Source of the DNA: Methanotrichaceae archaeon
Lineage (GTDB): Archaea > Halobacteriota > Methanosarcinia > Methanotrichales > Methanotrichaceae
Direction: 5' to 3'
Length of the DNA: 64,000 nucleotides
Assembly (NCBI GenBank): GCA_963748825.1
Contig: CAVVKN010000018.1
Coordinates: 64,001-128,000 of the forward strand
Below, piece after piece: positions 54,146 through 64,000 of this stretch. Under the pieces are notes generated by a model. That model worked only from the letters and a program-made list of their open reading frames with translations, was not told the DNA's origin and did not search any database. Numbering within the stretch: the first letter of the stretch is position 1; each line of letters opens with the position of its first letter. The translations under genes and the position numbers were made by a program.

Positions 54146-54487
54146 ATGGCAGAAAAAGAGATGAGAAACTTTGCCTTGCGGGACAAAGATGGAACCGAGA
54201 TCGGAGTTTTCACAGGAAAAGCGCCGAGACAAGCTGCACTAAAAGCTGCCAATCGTGGTTATACCGATATCAGGCTTCGGGAGAGGGGCGCCAAAAAGGT
54301 ACATGTATTCACAGGCGAGCGAAAACAGGTAAAGAAGCCCGCCAGCGCACCAGCATGGATGCCGGAAAAGATCTGGAAACCCATTGTCAAGAAAGTGGGT
54401 GTGGAGAATCTGGAAACGCTCGAACCGGCTGCGGCAAAGGTGGTCGTGTCAAGCGCAGAAAGTAGTCCTAGTCATTTGCTAATATAA
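54146..54487 (+). CDS. mc1: Non-histone chromosomal protein MC1 with C-terminal extension
   Basis: RNFALRD, GVFTGKAPRQAALKAANRG, IRLRERG.KKVHVF, PAWMP. Confidence 0.93.
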   Translation: MAEKEMRNFALRDKDGTEIGVFTGKAPRQAALKAANRGYTDIRLRERGAKKVHVFTGERKQVKKPASAPAWMPEKIWKPIVKKVGVENLETLEPAAAKVVVSSAESSPSHLLI

Positions 54488-54579
54488 TTTTTCCCTTTTA
54501 ATTTTTCCTATTATTTATGTCTGTCTAGATACTGATTTGGTGCAATCATTTTTATCCCAGTGCATTCGTTGTTCTGCGA

Positions 54580-54889
54580 TTAGGAGGACGAATATCTGGT
54601 AGGGATAATAAACCATGAAGCTGTTCTTGCTGCCATTCCCAACAGCAAAGCCGATGCCAAATCCCTGAAAGATATCGCGCAGGTGATTGGCTTGGAGATA
54701 TACACACATACGGATTGGATCAGAGCAGAACGCCGTCTCGCCAGAGTTCTCAGGATTCTGATCAAATGGGTTGGGCATCTCGTGACCGTAGGCAAAGCGA
54801 TAATGGTCATCGATTCTGGTACAATGTTTACTGGAAGACAGAGTTGGCAATCCAGCACGATTCTGCCAGAAAAGAATAAATTGCACTGA
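54580..54889 (+). pseudogene. Degraded winged-helix-like small gene
   Basis: EAVLAAIP...AKSLKDIAQVIGL...RRLARVLRILIKW; no clean start. Confidence 0.35.
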
Positions 54890-55097
54890 ATTTTCTTTAA
54901 GATATTAAATAATAATATCGGTCATATAAGTTGTTCTCATTATCATATTATTAGTTCTATTTTATTGTACGGTTAATAGCAAAAACAACCCATATAACCA
55001 ATTCTTCAACATAGGCTTTCCTGGTCTGCTTCTGGATGCCAATTGATTGGAGAAAGCTCAAGAGGGGAAACTATTTAGTTCAATAACGGAACCTTAC

Positions 55098-56274
55098 GGT
55101 CGTGAGTAACTAACCAGTTGGTATTTTGTGATAGGGAAACGTTAGGAGATGCTTCAGGGACCATACGCGATCTATGAGCCCAGCATGCTTTGCAGGACAA
55201 TTGTAAGATGTTTTTCCTGTATCCTCTTTATATTTCAGAGATCGATGCGTTCTGCAAAAATTATAGTACGCAATATAAAGTGTCATCTGGTTATCTAATT
55301 CTTCTGTCTTTTTGGAGAATCCAATGGTCTTCCTTGAAATGCGATTGTTATCCTGTCTTAAAGTGAGATTTTGTCGTTCGATGTAGCTGGTTGAGATCGA
55401 TTTGGGATCTATATCATTTCCAAAAACGATCTTCTTGACAATTTTTTTAAGGCGAGATCCAGATCTCTCCTTTATAATTTGCCCATATTTTAATAAAGAA
55501 TTAGCTATTAATCTTGGCGATCTGGGCCGCCCCCTCTTCCCAGTCGATGGATATTTGATGACCTCATAATATTGGTTTAAGAGAGCATTTTTATAAAATT
55601 TTAAACCATCTGTAACAAAAAGCGGAATTGATGCAAGGCGTCTAGCAGTTTTAGTGACGAGTTGATTTGCAGTCTTCTGTGTTCTTGGCCCCACACAATG
55701 CGCTAATAGTAACCGTGATTCACAAGCCATGCTCAGCCAGATCCATGTACCTTCATCTTCATATTCGTCTTTCTTGGGCAACGTTTTTTTCCCACGAAAG
55801 TCCATAGCTCGTCCATTTCAACCTTCTCAGTCTCAACACCAGTTAGAGTTGATTCATTGACCTTTTCGCAATGGCTTGCTGCTTTCCCAGTCCATTTTCT
55901 GACCGTCTCAGGGCAAACCTTAACTACTTCAGCTATTTTATTTACACTTAGGCCTTTGGTTGAAAGATCCAGTGCTAGTGTTATTTTTTCTGGGCTTGTT
56001 CGCAGACCATAGAAAACAGTGTTCTTCCGACTACAGAATACGAGTCCACAAGCGCTACATATAAATTTTCTCACTCGTCCGCCGGACTTAATTTTAGATG
56101 TACCATTGCTCGTAACGTTACCCTTACCAGTAACTCCGTAGCAGGAGCATTTGGTATTGGGACAAGCTACGTCATTGAACTTAGGCTTTGGCCCTCTTTT
56201 CCCCATTGCTATCCCTTGTTGGATAGCATATGAATCGCACATATTTAATACCAACTGTATAGTCTTTCACGACC
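55098..56274 (-). mobile_element. IS1-family element, two-ORF transposase (56206-55733 and 55805-55110) with an A8 slippery site
   Basis: Terminal inverted repeats GGTCGTGA...TCACGACC; CPN..C Zn finger + HTH; EMDELWTFV, VTDG, TSYIERQNLTLR; no target duplication visible. Confidence 0.88.
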
Positions 56275-56705
56275 TTGCCTCGCGAAATACCTTAAATTTA
56301 TATGTGCATAGCTTATAATATATTGATATTTTGATACCAAAAGCTTTTTATCCAGTAAGTGTAAGTCTTAGGGCCCTACCGAGTCTGTTTGACCTTCTCC
56401 ATCACCAATACGATCAAGTCCTCCAGTCTGGCCTGGTGCTTGAGGGCCTCGGCCAGCTCCAGGACTGAACCCGCCTCTTCTTGCAGCTTATGTGCCTCAT
56501 GGCGGGATGAGGGCACACGGGCAGCCTTCTGTAGGGCATTATATCCTGAAGATTACCTTGAAGATCGGCATGCTGAAGCAGTACGGGCTGAATATCAACG
56601 AACCCAGTCGAGCCAGGGTCCTGCGGACGCTGTCGGGAAGGACCTCATGTACGTCGGCTCGCATGAATAGATATTCTTTTCATTTAGGTGAGAGAGTATA
56701 TCCTT

Positions 56706-57836
56706 ATGGAGTCTTATGTTAAAGTAAAAGAGGATCCAAAAATAACTTCTCTTACAGAAATAGACCTGCAATCTCTGGCAGAGATAAGAGATGCGAAGGA
56801 TACCTTCCTGACAGTCTATTTTGCAGCTAAAGGAAGGGATAGCGACCAATCCTTTGTGGCATCAAGGCTGAGTATCATCCAGAAAGCCCTGCCAAAGGAT
56901 CTATTGGAGGGCTTTCATGAGACGCTTGGCATGGTAGAGGCCGCTCTGTCAGCCCCAGGCATAAAAGGTGAACGTGGCCGGGTCATCTTCGCCTCAGCCA
57001 CCGCCGGCTTCCTGCACGTCTACAGATTGAGCGTGGAGCCGGAGCCGCTCGTCGTTTGGGATGTCTCACCGTTTCTTCTACCCCTGGCCAAGCTGAAAGA
57101 AGAGTACGAGGACTACGGGCTTTTGCTCATCGACTCCCAGGAGGCCAGGCTCTTTTTGGTGCGGTCTAACTTGCTGGAGAAGAATGATAATGCCTCTATA
57201 GACCTCATGAACAAGCACAAGAAAGGAGGTTGGAGCCAGATGCGCTACAATCGCCTCCGAAGGGGGCAGATCGATTCCTTCTTCACTCAGCTTATAGAAG
57301 ATTTGCAGAAGAACGAAGATCTGACCAAGATGCGTGGCCTGGTGGTGGCCGGTCCGGGCGAGGCCAAGGGCCAGCTTATGGAGATGATGCCTCAAGCCCT
57401 GAAGGATAAGGTCATAGGAACTGTGGATATCTCTATGGATGCATCCTCGAAAGACCTGTTGAATCTAGGCAAGGATTTTACCCATGAGGACCAGCTTTCC
57501 AGAGAAAAGGTTCTGGCTGAAAAACTGAAAGAAGCCGTGCTGCGCGGTCATCATGCCGCCTATGGCCTGGCGGAAGTTGGGAATGCTCTGAAGGAAGGGC
57601 GAGTGAACTGTCTTTTGATCTCAGAGGGCTTTACCCTGCCTGGAATGATCTGCACAAGCTGCCAGCAAATCGATTCAGAGGAAGAGAAGTGCCCTACCTG
57701 TGGTGGGGAGGCGGCGGCACTCAGCCTGGAGAGCCTCTATGAGCTGGCAGAGAGAATGGACGCAGAAGTGGTTTTAGTAGAGGACGACGCATTCCTGGAA
57801 AGCCTTGGGAATATAGGGGCAATACTAAGGTACTGA
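56706..57836 (+). CDS. aeRF1/baeRF-like release-factor paralog (Vms1-like catalytic loop) with Zn ribbon
   Basis: KHKKGGWSQMRY, VVAGPGEAK, C..C...CPTCG, GNIGAILRY. Confidence 0.85.
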   Translation: MESYVKVKEDPKITSLTEIDLQSLAEIRDAKDTFLTVYFAAKGRDSDQSFVASRLSIIQKALPKDLLEGFHETLGMVEAALSAPGIKGERGRVIFASATAGFLHVYRLSVEPEPLVVWDVSPFLLPLAKLKEEYEDYGLLLIDSQEARLFLVRSNLLEKNDNASIDLMNKHKKGGWSQMRYNRLRRGQIDSFFTQLIEDLQKNEDLTKMRGLVVAGPGEAKGQLMEMMPQALKDKVIGTVDISMDASSKDLLNLGKDFTHEDQLSREKVLAEKLKEAVLRGHHAAYGLAEVGNALKEGRVNCLLISEGFTLPGMICTSCQQIDSEEEKCPTCGGEAAALSLESLYELAERMDAEVVLVEDDAFLESLGNIGAILRY

Positions 57837-58242
57837 AAGGATTTTAAAGGAGAACGGAGAATCTTAACCCACTTTTTTCCCCGAAGCAGTTGCACTTGCA
57901 CCTGTGGGATGTGGGTTACTGGAATGGGTTGTTTGCCAGAAGCGATTTTGGACTTGTTAAGTGTTGCCCAGAAAAGGGGGAAGCGTTCTGTAAGTTACAC
58001 GCACTTTTCCTTTCACAATTTCCGGTTGGCCGGCCAGGGCATAGACTCCATATTAGGTTATCTTGTGGCCATGCTGGGTGCACCTGAACGGGGCGACGAT
58101 AAAAGCCATCTTCCCTCCTACATTCCGCCTATAGTCTGATCGGTTCTCCCTTCCTCTGTTTCATGCCTTTCTGAATCCACCCCTTCACATTCGCTCCACG
58201 CACGGCCCGCCCTCATATCCTCAGAGCCGCCAATAGTCGTCT

Positions 58243-58520
58243 ATGGAAATCGAATTACACCCAGCTGTCTCCTTGCTCTCCGAAACATTCAACGTCCTTG
58301 TCGCCCCGGTTGAGATGCTAGTTGATGCCCTGAACAGCCATCTGGAATTGCAACGCTACAAAATTCTCTTCATCAGTGGCAACTATTCCCGCATTCTGAG
58401 TCGCCTGGATCGCAACTTCACGGAGTTGGAAGTGCGCCGGGCCTTCACATCTTTCCAACTAATGACCATATTGGAGGAAAACCACCATAGCTTTCTGATC
58501 GTGGGGCGAGATCCCATTTC
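58243..58520 (+). pseudogene. Truncated RecA-like (inactive ATPase) first gene of the PolB2 cassette
   Basis: MEIELHP..TFNVLVAP..ILFISGNYSRILSRL..VRRAFTSFQLMTILEE; similarity is lost after IVGRDP. Confidence 0.6.
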
Positions 58521-58610
58521 CTGCAAGAACACCATGATGACACTCCTTTTTTGGCTTTGTCAAAGGTCATACGCCATTAGCCGTATGATCTGGCCGCAGT
58601 CTCTCAATAA

Positions 58611-59366
58611 CTAGGAAAGGCCGCTACCACCCATTCCAATGGGTATTTGGCTGATATCTCCCACGCCTGTCAAGATCTTATCTGCATCCTCACGCACATC
58701 ATGGAAAGTGGATGTCTGCGAAGGTTGCTGCGGATAGGTCTGATCTGTGGCTTTTGGGGCTATGGCACTGGCTGCATCGGACGAAGCTGATGCTGCAACT
58801 TTGGGCTCTTCAATGGTTGCGGGAATGTAGCTGGATGTATCTGGATTAATCCACATGGCTTCGAAGTTGCCCCTTGCTGAGATCTTGCCCTCGCTCACCC
58901 GGAAGAAGCTTCCTTTTAGGGATTGGCTGGCAGCATCAAAGATTCCTGTCATCTTGAAGGAGCTCTGCTCGTTGCCATTCATTATAGTCAAAACCATCCC
59001 CACATCATCTCCATATATAGAACCGATAACATTGGCGTTCCAGGGCTTTCCGCCATCAGGCTCGTATTTGGCTGCACCATAGAGATCCTCGTTCTCCTGG
59101 TTGATTACCATAATAACCTGGCCGGATTCAAGCCCCGTAACCGACCAGATGTAGCTTAGACTAACCGCACTATTTGTCTCGTTGGCGGCTTTGTCCACAG
59201 TGCCCTGTATAGATGCATTTGTCACCATGGTTTCGTTTTTCTGAGAAGTGGCATTATCCCTAATAATCGTTTTATTACTTAGGTCATTCGAAGGCTGGCT
59301 TAAGGACATGCCCACAGCAACGATTAATAAAAGCAATATGGATAGAATCATGAATCTTGTGGTCAA
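58611..59366 (-). CDS. Secreted hypothetical protein (beta-barrel-like core, N-glycosylation sequons)
   Basis: Signal peptide, several NxS/T, LKGSF strand. Confidence 0.75.
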   Translation of the reverse strand: MTTRFMILSILLLLIVAVGMSLSQPSNDLSNKTIIRDNATSQKNETMVTNASIQGTVDKAANETNSAVSLSYIWSVTGLESGQVIMVINQENEDLYGAAKYEPDGGKPWNANVIGSIYGDDVGMVLTIMNGNEQSSFKMTGIFDAASQSLKGSFFRVSEGKISARGNFEAMWINPDTSSYIPATIEEPKVAASASSDAASAIAPKATDQTYPQQPSQTSTFHDVREDADKILTGVGDISQIPIGMGGSGLS

Positions 59367-60790
59367 TTAATTGCCTCCATCACATGCTTTGTTTTTTCCC
59401 GTTCTCCGCTTTTAGACGACATACGTTTCGTCGTTTGACTATAAATACCTATTGAGGCTCACCCATATAAGCTTTTCAAATCAGAATTGCCCCTCAGGCA
59501 CTGGCATAGACTTGGTCTTTTAAGTGGATGCTGGTAACCTGTTTTGGCTATACTGGTTATAGGAATGCTATGGAGACGAAGAGAAATAATTTACGCATTT
59601 CCAGAGGCGTATCGGAAATTACCTCGTTTATTGATAGCCGTTTTCTGCCTACGCGGGCCAAAATTTAAATATTTTAGCTCCCGTCAACACCTAAGTTCGG
59701 CCAGATCCGGCCCAGGTCACTCTCATGGGCAGCAATATGGTGAATGCGCTCATAGCCGCGTGCCTGTGCCCATGATCCAGAAGCATGTTAGGTACAAGAG
59801 GCTATCCAAACCGATCTTCTCTTTTGACCAGGATAGTCACAAAATAGTTTAATCAACATCGTCTAAACTGGAAAAACGCTGTAGCGCCAATGATTCTTTT
59901 CCAGCTAATGTCCTTATAGCTTGAAGTTTTGGCCTCCATTGAACACGAGCGGCACGAAGTACGGGCTGCTACCACATTTATAAGTCGCTAATGTTTTGGC
60001 GTTAGTATTAGCTGAGCTTACTGTATTGCTTTTGCCTAACGCATCAAAGAAATATGACAGATAGTCATGGCTCCAATGAACCTCAACTGAATTTGCATAA
60101 CCTCTACTCAACGGTCGAAGTGAAGTATTGGACGCAACAAGACCTTCACATAACGGAGCCGGGGCTGGATGATTCTTCGCTCATAGATCCTCTCCCATCT
60201 GGCTTGGGTCGAGCGGATCGGCTGCTTCGGCATTTGCTTGGAGAAGGAAAAAAGCAATAATCGTTATGCATAATAGCAGCTTGTGATATATCATATCGAC
60301 CTCTCTTGGACGCGGCTTTGGATCACACGCAGTCTCTAAATCCAATCGAACCTTCTCTTATAACTATATGACGATTTAGATCTCGCCAAATGTCGAAGCA
60401 GGTCATTAGCTTAGGCCTTTAAGCAAACCTCCAGGGCTTGCTTTATGCGCCCGCACCGGACTCCCACCAGCAGGAGATTACCTACCTGGCCGACAGGTAT
60501 CCTGCTTCTACGGTAAGCAGGCGATAGTAGAAGCCTTTCGAGCCACAATATGAGACCCTCCGATCTGATCTGGTCAAGGAGCTAGCTGAATTCAAAGAGG
60601 AGACTCAAAAACTGCTCTAAGGCATAGGATAGATTTGAGTGCTAATCTTCTAGTTTCTCTAATTTTGAACCATTAGCTTCGATTCATAAAATTTGAATTT
60701 TCAAGGCATAGAAAAAATTGGGAATTGGCTGAGAAAAAGCCAGGCTGTAAATTGCCAGCTTCCAGGTTCTCATAACTTATTTCCATTTTA

Positions 60791-61609
60791 TTAAAAGCTC
60801 GTGGAACCTGTGGAGCTGCCCATAGATCCGCCATAACTCTCGCTCATGCTTATGCTCTTGGACGAGCTGAAGGTTGAGCCTATGCGACTACCCTGTCCAA
60901 GCTGGAGGGGTTCTGCTCCTGCGGTGGTAGAGGATAAAGGCTTAGTTGCACCCGCAGCAATAGCTGAACTCTTTGGCGGCAAATCTTGAGGAGATTGCAG
61001 CTTCACAGCCCCATTAGAAAGGATGCCTATCGCCGTTCCCGATAGGGTAGCTCCATCTGTAGAATGAACATTGTAACTGCCTTTAAGCGTATTTCCTTCG
61101 GGCTGAAGCTCCAAGCTGTAGAGTTCTGAGCTTCCATCAGTTGCAATTGTCAGGCTCAGCTTTCCATCCTCCACCACCCCACTTGCCGTGACGTTTTGGA
61201 CGGAATTGCCAGAGATTAAGTTCCCTTGGCCCAGAACCGAGGCATCGCTCTGATGCAGTTCCAGATTCAAGTAATTGATGGCTTTATCTTGAAGGATCAA
61301 TAATAAGGCTCCTGTGACATTAAGCTCTTCTTTCCCAGACATTGGCTGAGTGCCTGAATCTCCGAGAGGGGCTGAAGCTGTTGCGGGCGTACCCAGATTG
61401 ACATCAGAACTGCCAGAAGGCAAGGACTCCGTAACCTGAGAGGCGCTTTCTATTATTCCCGAACTGACCCCCCGTTGCAGCAGGTCTTGAGGTAATGGCA
61501 TGTTCATCGATTCGCCGAGCTGAGACGGACTTAGAATGTCTGCGCCTTGGATTGTGTTAATGGTAAAAGCAAAAATTGCTAGGCAAATTCCCAATTTATC
61601 GAATTTCAT
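60791..61609 (-). CDS. Secreted S/T/G-rich hypothetical protein
   Basis: Signal peptide, 272 aa, YSLEL..LKGSY strands. Confidence 0.75.
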   Translation of the reverse strand: MKFDKLGICLAIFAFTINTIQGADILSPSQLGESMNMPLPQDLLQRGVSSGIIESASQVTESLPSGSSDVNLGTPATASAPLGDSGTQPMSGKEELNVTGALLLILQDKAINYLNLELHQSDASVLGQGNLISGNSVQNVTASGVVEDGKLSLTIATDGSSELYSLELQPEGNTLKGSYNVHSTDGATLSGTAIGILSNGAVKLQSPQDLPPKSSAIAAGATKPLSSTTAGAEPLQLGQGSRIGSTFSSSKSISMSESYGGSMGSSTGSTSF

Positions 61610-61993
61610 TCCAACACCTTAACCGAAATATCTCTCATTATTGTCCAGAGATGCAGTTGACCTTTTTATATGTTTCCGTTGATTGTCGATAAGAGCATTA
61701 GATCCGGTCGAATTCGAGTAGGACGCGAAATAATTTCGGGATTCCACAGCTGCATTCTTGAGTCATAAATCATAAGTTGTCACGCAGAATAATTATTTGT
61801 GTGGTCTTGAAAGTATGAGACCCAAAATCCTGATCGCTCCGTGGCTGGCCTTTTTCACATTCTTCTTCTCCTTCAACGGAGCCGCCATCAAGCTCTTGCG
61901 TATTCCCAAAAATGTCTACAATTCCCCTGTATGTATTGTAATAGCAATAGGGGAAATGTTTACTTTTTATGAAATTCTTAGATCTTCTGGCAA

Positions 61994-64000
61994 TTAGACA
62001 GAGGCCCCCAGCGTCCCCAGCCCGAAGGCCATGGGACACGGCGCTGCCTCTCTTTTTATGACCACCTCGATCTCGCCGGATGCAAGGCCCCGTAGCACCT
62101 CCTTTATGTTTTCCACCTCGAATCTATCCTCGATGATCTCCCGAAAGCTCTCCCGCAGCACGGCAAACTCGTCCAGCTTGCCGGCAAAGCCGATGAGCAT
62201 ATCAGCGTCCAGTTGCTGGTGCCGGGCGCTCTTCTGCCGTCCCTTGTAGCTTTTCAGGATCATGAAAGAGCGGGTGGCGTTGATGCGAAAGACGCTTTTC
62301 AGAAGGCTCGTATTCTGCAAAGATCGATAGAGTAGCTGCTCGCAGTTCTCCTCCCGGATGGACCCAATGATGGCCGGCAGATTCACTTTGCCGGACGCGG
62401 GAAGGGAGAGCACAAAGCCCGAGTCGTAAGTGGTGATGCAGATATCACTCATCCTCTGGCGAGCCAGGAGGTAAGCTACCATTCTGGCGAATCCCTCGTT
62501 GAAGCGCAGGCCGTAGCCAGAGAGAAAATAGTAGATCCTGCGGCCCGTTTCCTGGTCGAGGCACTCCTGCACAACTATCCTGCAGTTGGTGGGAACCGCA
62601 TCTTCTCCCAGGAAGGCGATCTGCTGGCGGAATATCTCGCAAATGGAGCGGGCGCTGTTCTCGTCGATGGGATACTGCTTCTGCAGCCAGCTGACGATAG
62701 CTATGCTATTATCATCATCCTCGCCTTCCCGGCCCTCTTGGCTCTTCATCTTCCGGCTCTTCATCATCCAGAGCATGTCGCTTTTAAAGGACAGAATGCT
62801 CCGGGCCAGATCAAAGGATAAGGGCAGCCTCTCCGAAGACCAGGTGGGAATATTGGGCCGGCCTGCTGCAGGGTCCACATAGATCTTTCCACCCCGCCGA
62901 TAGCAGAAGGAATAGGCCCCACCGCCGATGGAAAAGACGTCACCTCGATCCAGTTTTTCCATGTATTTCTCATCCAGCCTTCCTACCCAGCGACCTTCAC
63001 GGGTGAGCACATCGCAGGTGAACTGATCCGGTATCATGCCCGAGTTGGTGTAGTAGATCATGCGAGAGCTGCCGCCCCGCGTTCCTATAATCTTCGTCTC
63101 GGAATCATAGCGGATCTTTGGGTAGATGCGCCTCTCCTGCATGCCTGCGTGGGCTGCAGAGAGGTAGAGCACAACGCTCATCAGCTCTTCTTCGCTGAGG
63201 CTCCGGTAGCAGTAGGATCTTTGCACGACCCGCATTACTTCGTCCAGAGTCCAATCTCTCTCCAGGACCATTCCAAGCAGGTGCTGGCAGAGGGCATCAA
63301 GCGCATTTCGGGGAATGTGAATTCGGTCCACATCGCCAGCTTTTGCCCTCTCCAGCATCACGGCGCATTCCATCAGCTCCTCTCTATCCAGAACTATTAT
63401 CCTGCCCTTTACCGCCTGATCCAGACTGTGGCCCCCTCTGCCGAAACGCTGCAAAAGCGCCGCTACTGATTTAGGCGAGCCGATCTGCAGGACGAGATCG
63501 ATGTAGGGCATGTCGATGCCAAGCTCCAGGGAGGTGGAGGAGCAAACGACTTTGAGCAACCCCTGTTTGAGACGGCTCTCCGTGTCCTGCCTTCCCTCCC
63601 GGCCCATGGAACCGTGGTGGCAAGCAGAGTTTTCGGCATTGTAAAACTGAGGATAGCGCTGCTTGAGGTTGAATAGCGTTCGCTCCGCCCCGTTCCGGCT
63701 GTTGGTGAAGATGAGAGTGCTCCTGTGCTCCTGGATATGGCGGTGGAGCAGCTCGTAGAGCCTGTCGGCCAGATCGGTTTGGTCAGCAAGGATTAGATCG
63801 GGCACCGGACAGAGCAGGCGCAGGTCAAAGCTGCGGGAGAAGCGGCAGTCCACCACCTGCACCGGGCGATAGTTTCCCGCCAGAAAGTCGGCCACTTCTT
63901 GCAGCGGCTCGACTGTAGCCGAGCAGCCGATACGAACGAAGCTTCCAGATGAGGGATCAACAGAAGAGTGAATTTCTCCTTCCTGCAGCTCTCTTTTCAG
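61994..64000 (-). CDS. lhr: Lhr-type SF2 helicase (C-terminal part; start lies outside the window)
   Basis: LIFTNSRNGAE, HHGSM, STSLELGID, QRFGRGGH, PTWSSERLPLSF. Confidence 0.9.
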   Translation of the reverse strand: MKRELQEGEIHSSVDPSSGSFVRIGCSATVEPLQEVADFLAGNYRPVQVVDCRFSRSFDLRLLCPVPDLILADQTDLADRLYELLHRHIQEHRSTLIFTNSRNGAERTLFNLKQRYPQFYNAENSACHHGSMGREGRQDTESRLKQGLLKVVCSSTSLELGIDMPYIDLVLQIGSPKSVAALLQRFGRGGHSLDQAVKGRIIVLDREELMECAVMLERAKAGDVDRIHIPRNALDALCQHLLGMVLERDWTLDEVMRVVQRSYCYRSLSEEELMSVVLYLSAAHAGMQERRIYPKIRYDSETKIIGTRGGSSRMIYYTNSGMIPDQFTCDVLTREGRWVGRLDEKYMEKLDRGDVFSIGGGAYSFCYRRGGKIYVDPAAGRPNIPTWSSERLPLSFDLARSILSFKSDMLWMMKSRKMKSQEGREGEDDDNSIAIVSWLQKQYPIDENSARSICEIFRQQIAFLGEDAVPTNCRIVVQECLDQETGRRIYYFLSGYGLRFNEGFARMVAYLLARQRMSDICITTYDSGFVLSLPASGKVNLPAIIGSIREENCEQLLYRSLQNTSLLKSVFRINATRSFMILKSYKGRQKSARHQQLDADMLIGFAGKLDEFAVLRESFREIIEDRFEVENIKEVLRGLASGEIEVVIKREAAPCPMAFGLGTLGASV

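Noticed and set aside
60445-60475. GCGCCCGCACCGGACTCC as a tRNA 3' fragment or att site
   Set aside because: No T-loop consensus or cloverleaf on either strand
59400-60700. Short ORFs in the long intergenic stretch
   Set aside because: No recognisable motifs; probably decayed fragments that cannot be supported by eye

Overview
Archaeal chromosomal window, most likely from a Methanothrix (Methanosaeta)-like acetoclastic methanogen. This is inferred from archaeal LeuRS, Hel308, Nre, AglJ, MC1 chromatin protein, a SatP/Ady2 acetate transporter and many lineage-style secreted proteins. Housekeeping blocks (leuS-dapL-hel308, pmm-aglJ, ilvE-ribH-aminotransferase, eno, lhr) alternate with three accessory zones. 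(1) 1-1.9 kb holds toxin-antitoxin-like genes and a nuclease fragment. (2) 31-37.8 kb is a defence-type island whose core is a CHAT (caspase-like) protease-STAND ATPase-TPR gene, followed by a small Zn-ribbon protein and a 3-TM protein with Pycsar-effector-like topology; the core gene is interrupted by an IS66-like element with 8-bp target duplication. (3) 52-58.6 kb is a decayed mobile zone with PolB2-cassette remnants, a dense TACGTA palindrome array between two related hairpins, MC1 and an IS1-family element. A two-gene cell-surface operon encodes a large GH-like/C25 (gingipain) protease fusion. A frameshift in essential leuS suggests residual indel errors in the assembly, so some 'pseudogenes' may be intact. 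All family assignments come from motif recognition by eye; no database search was run.
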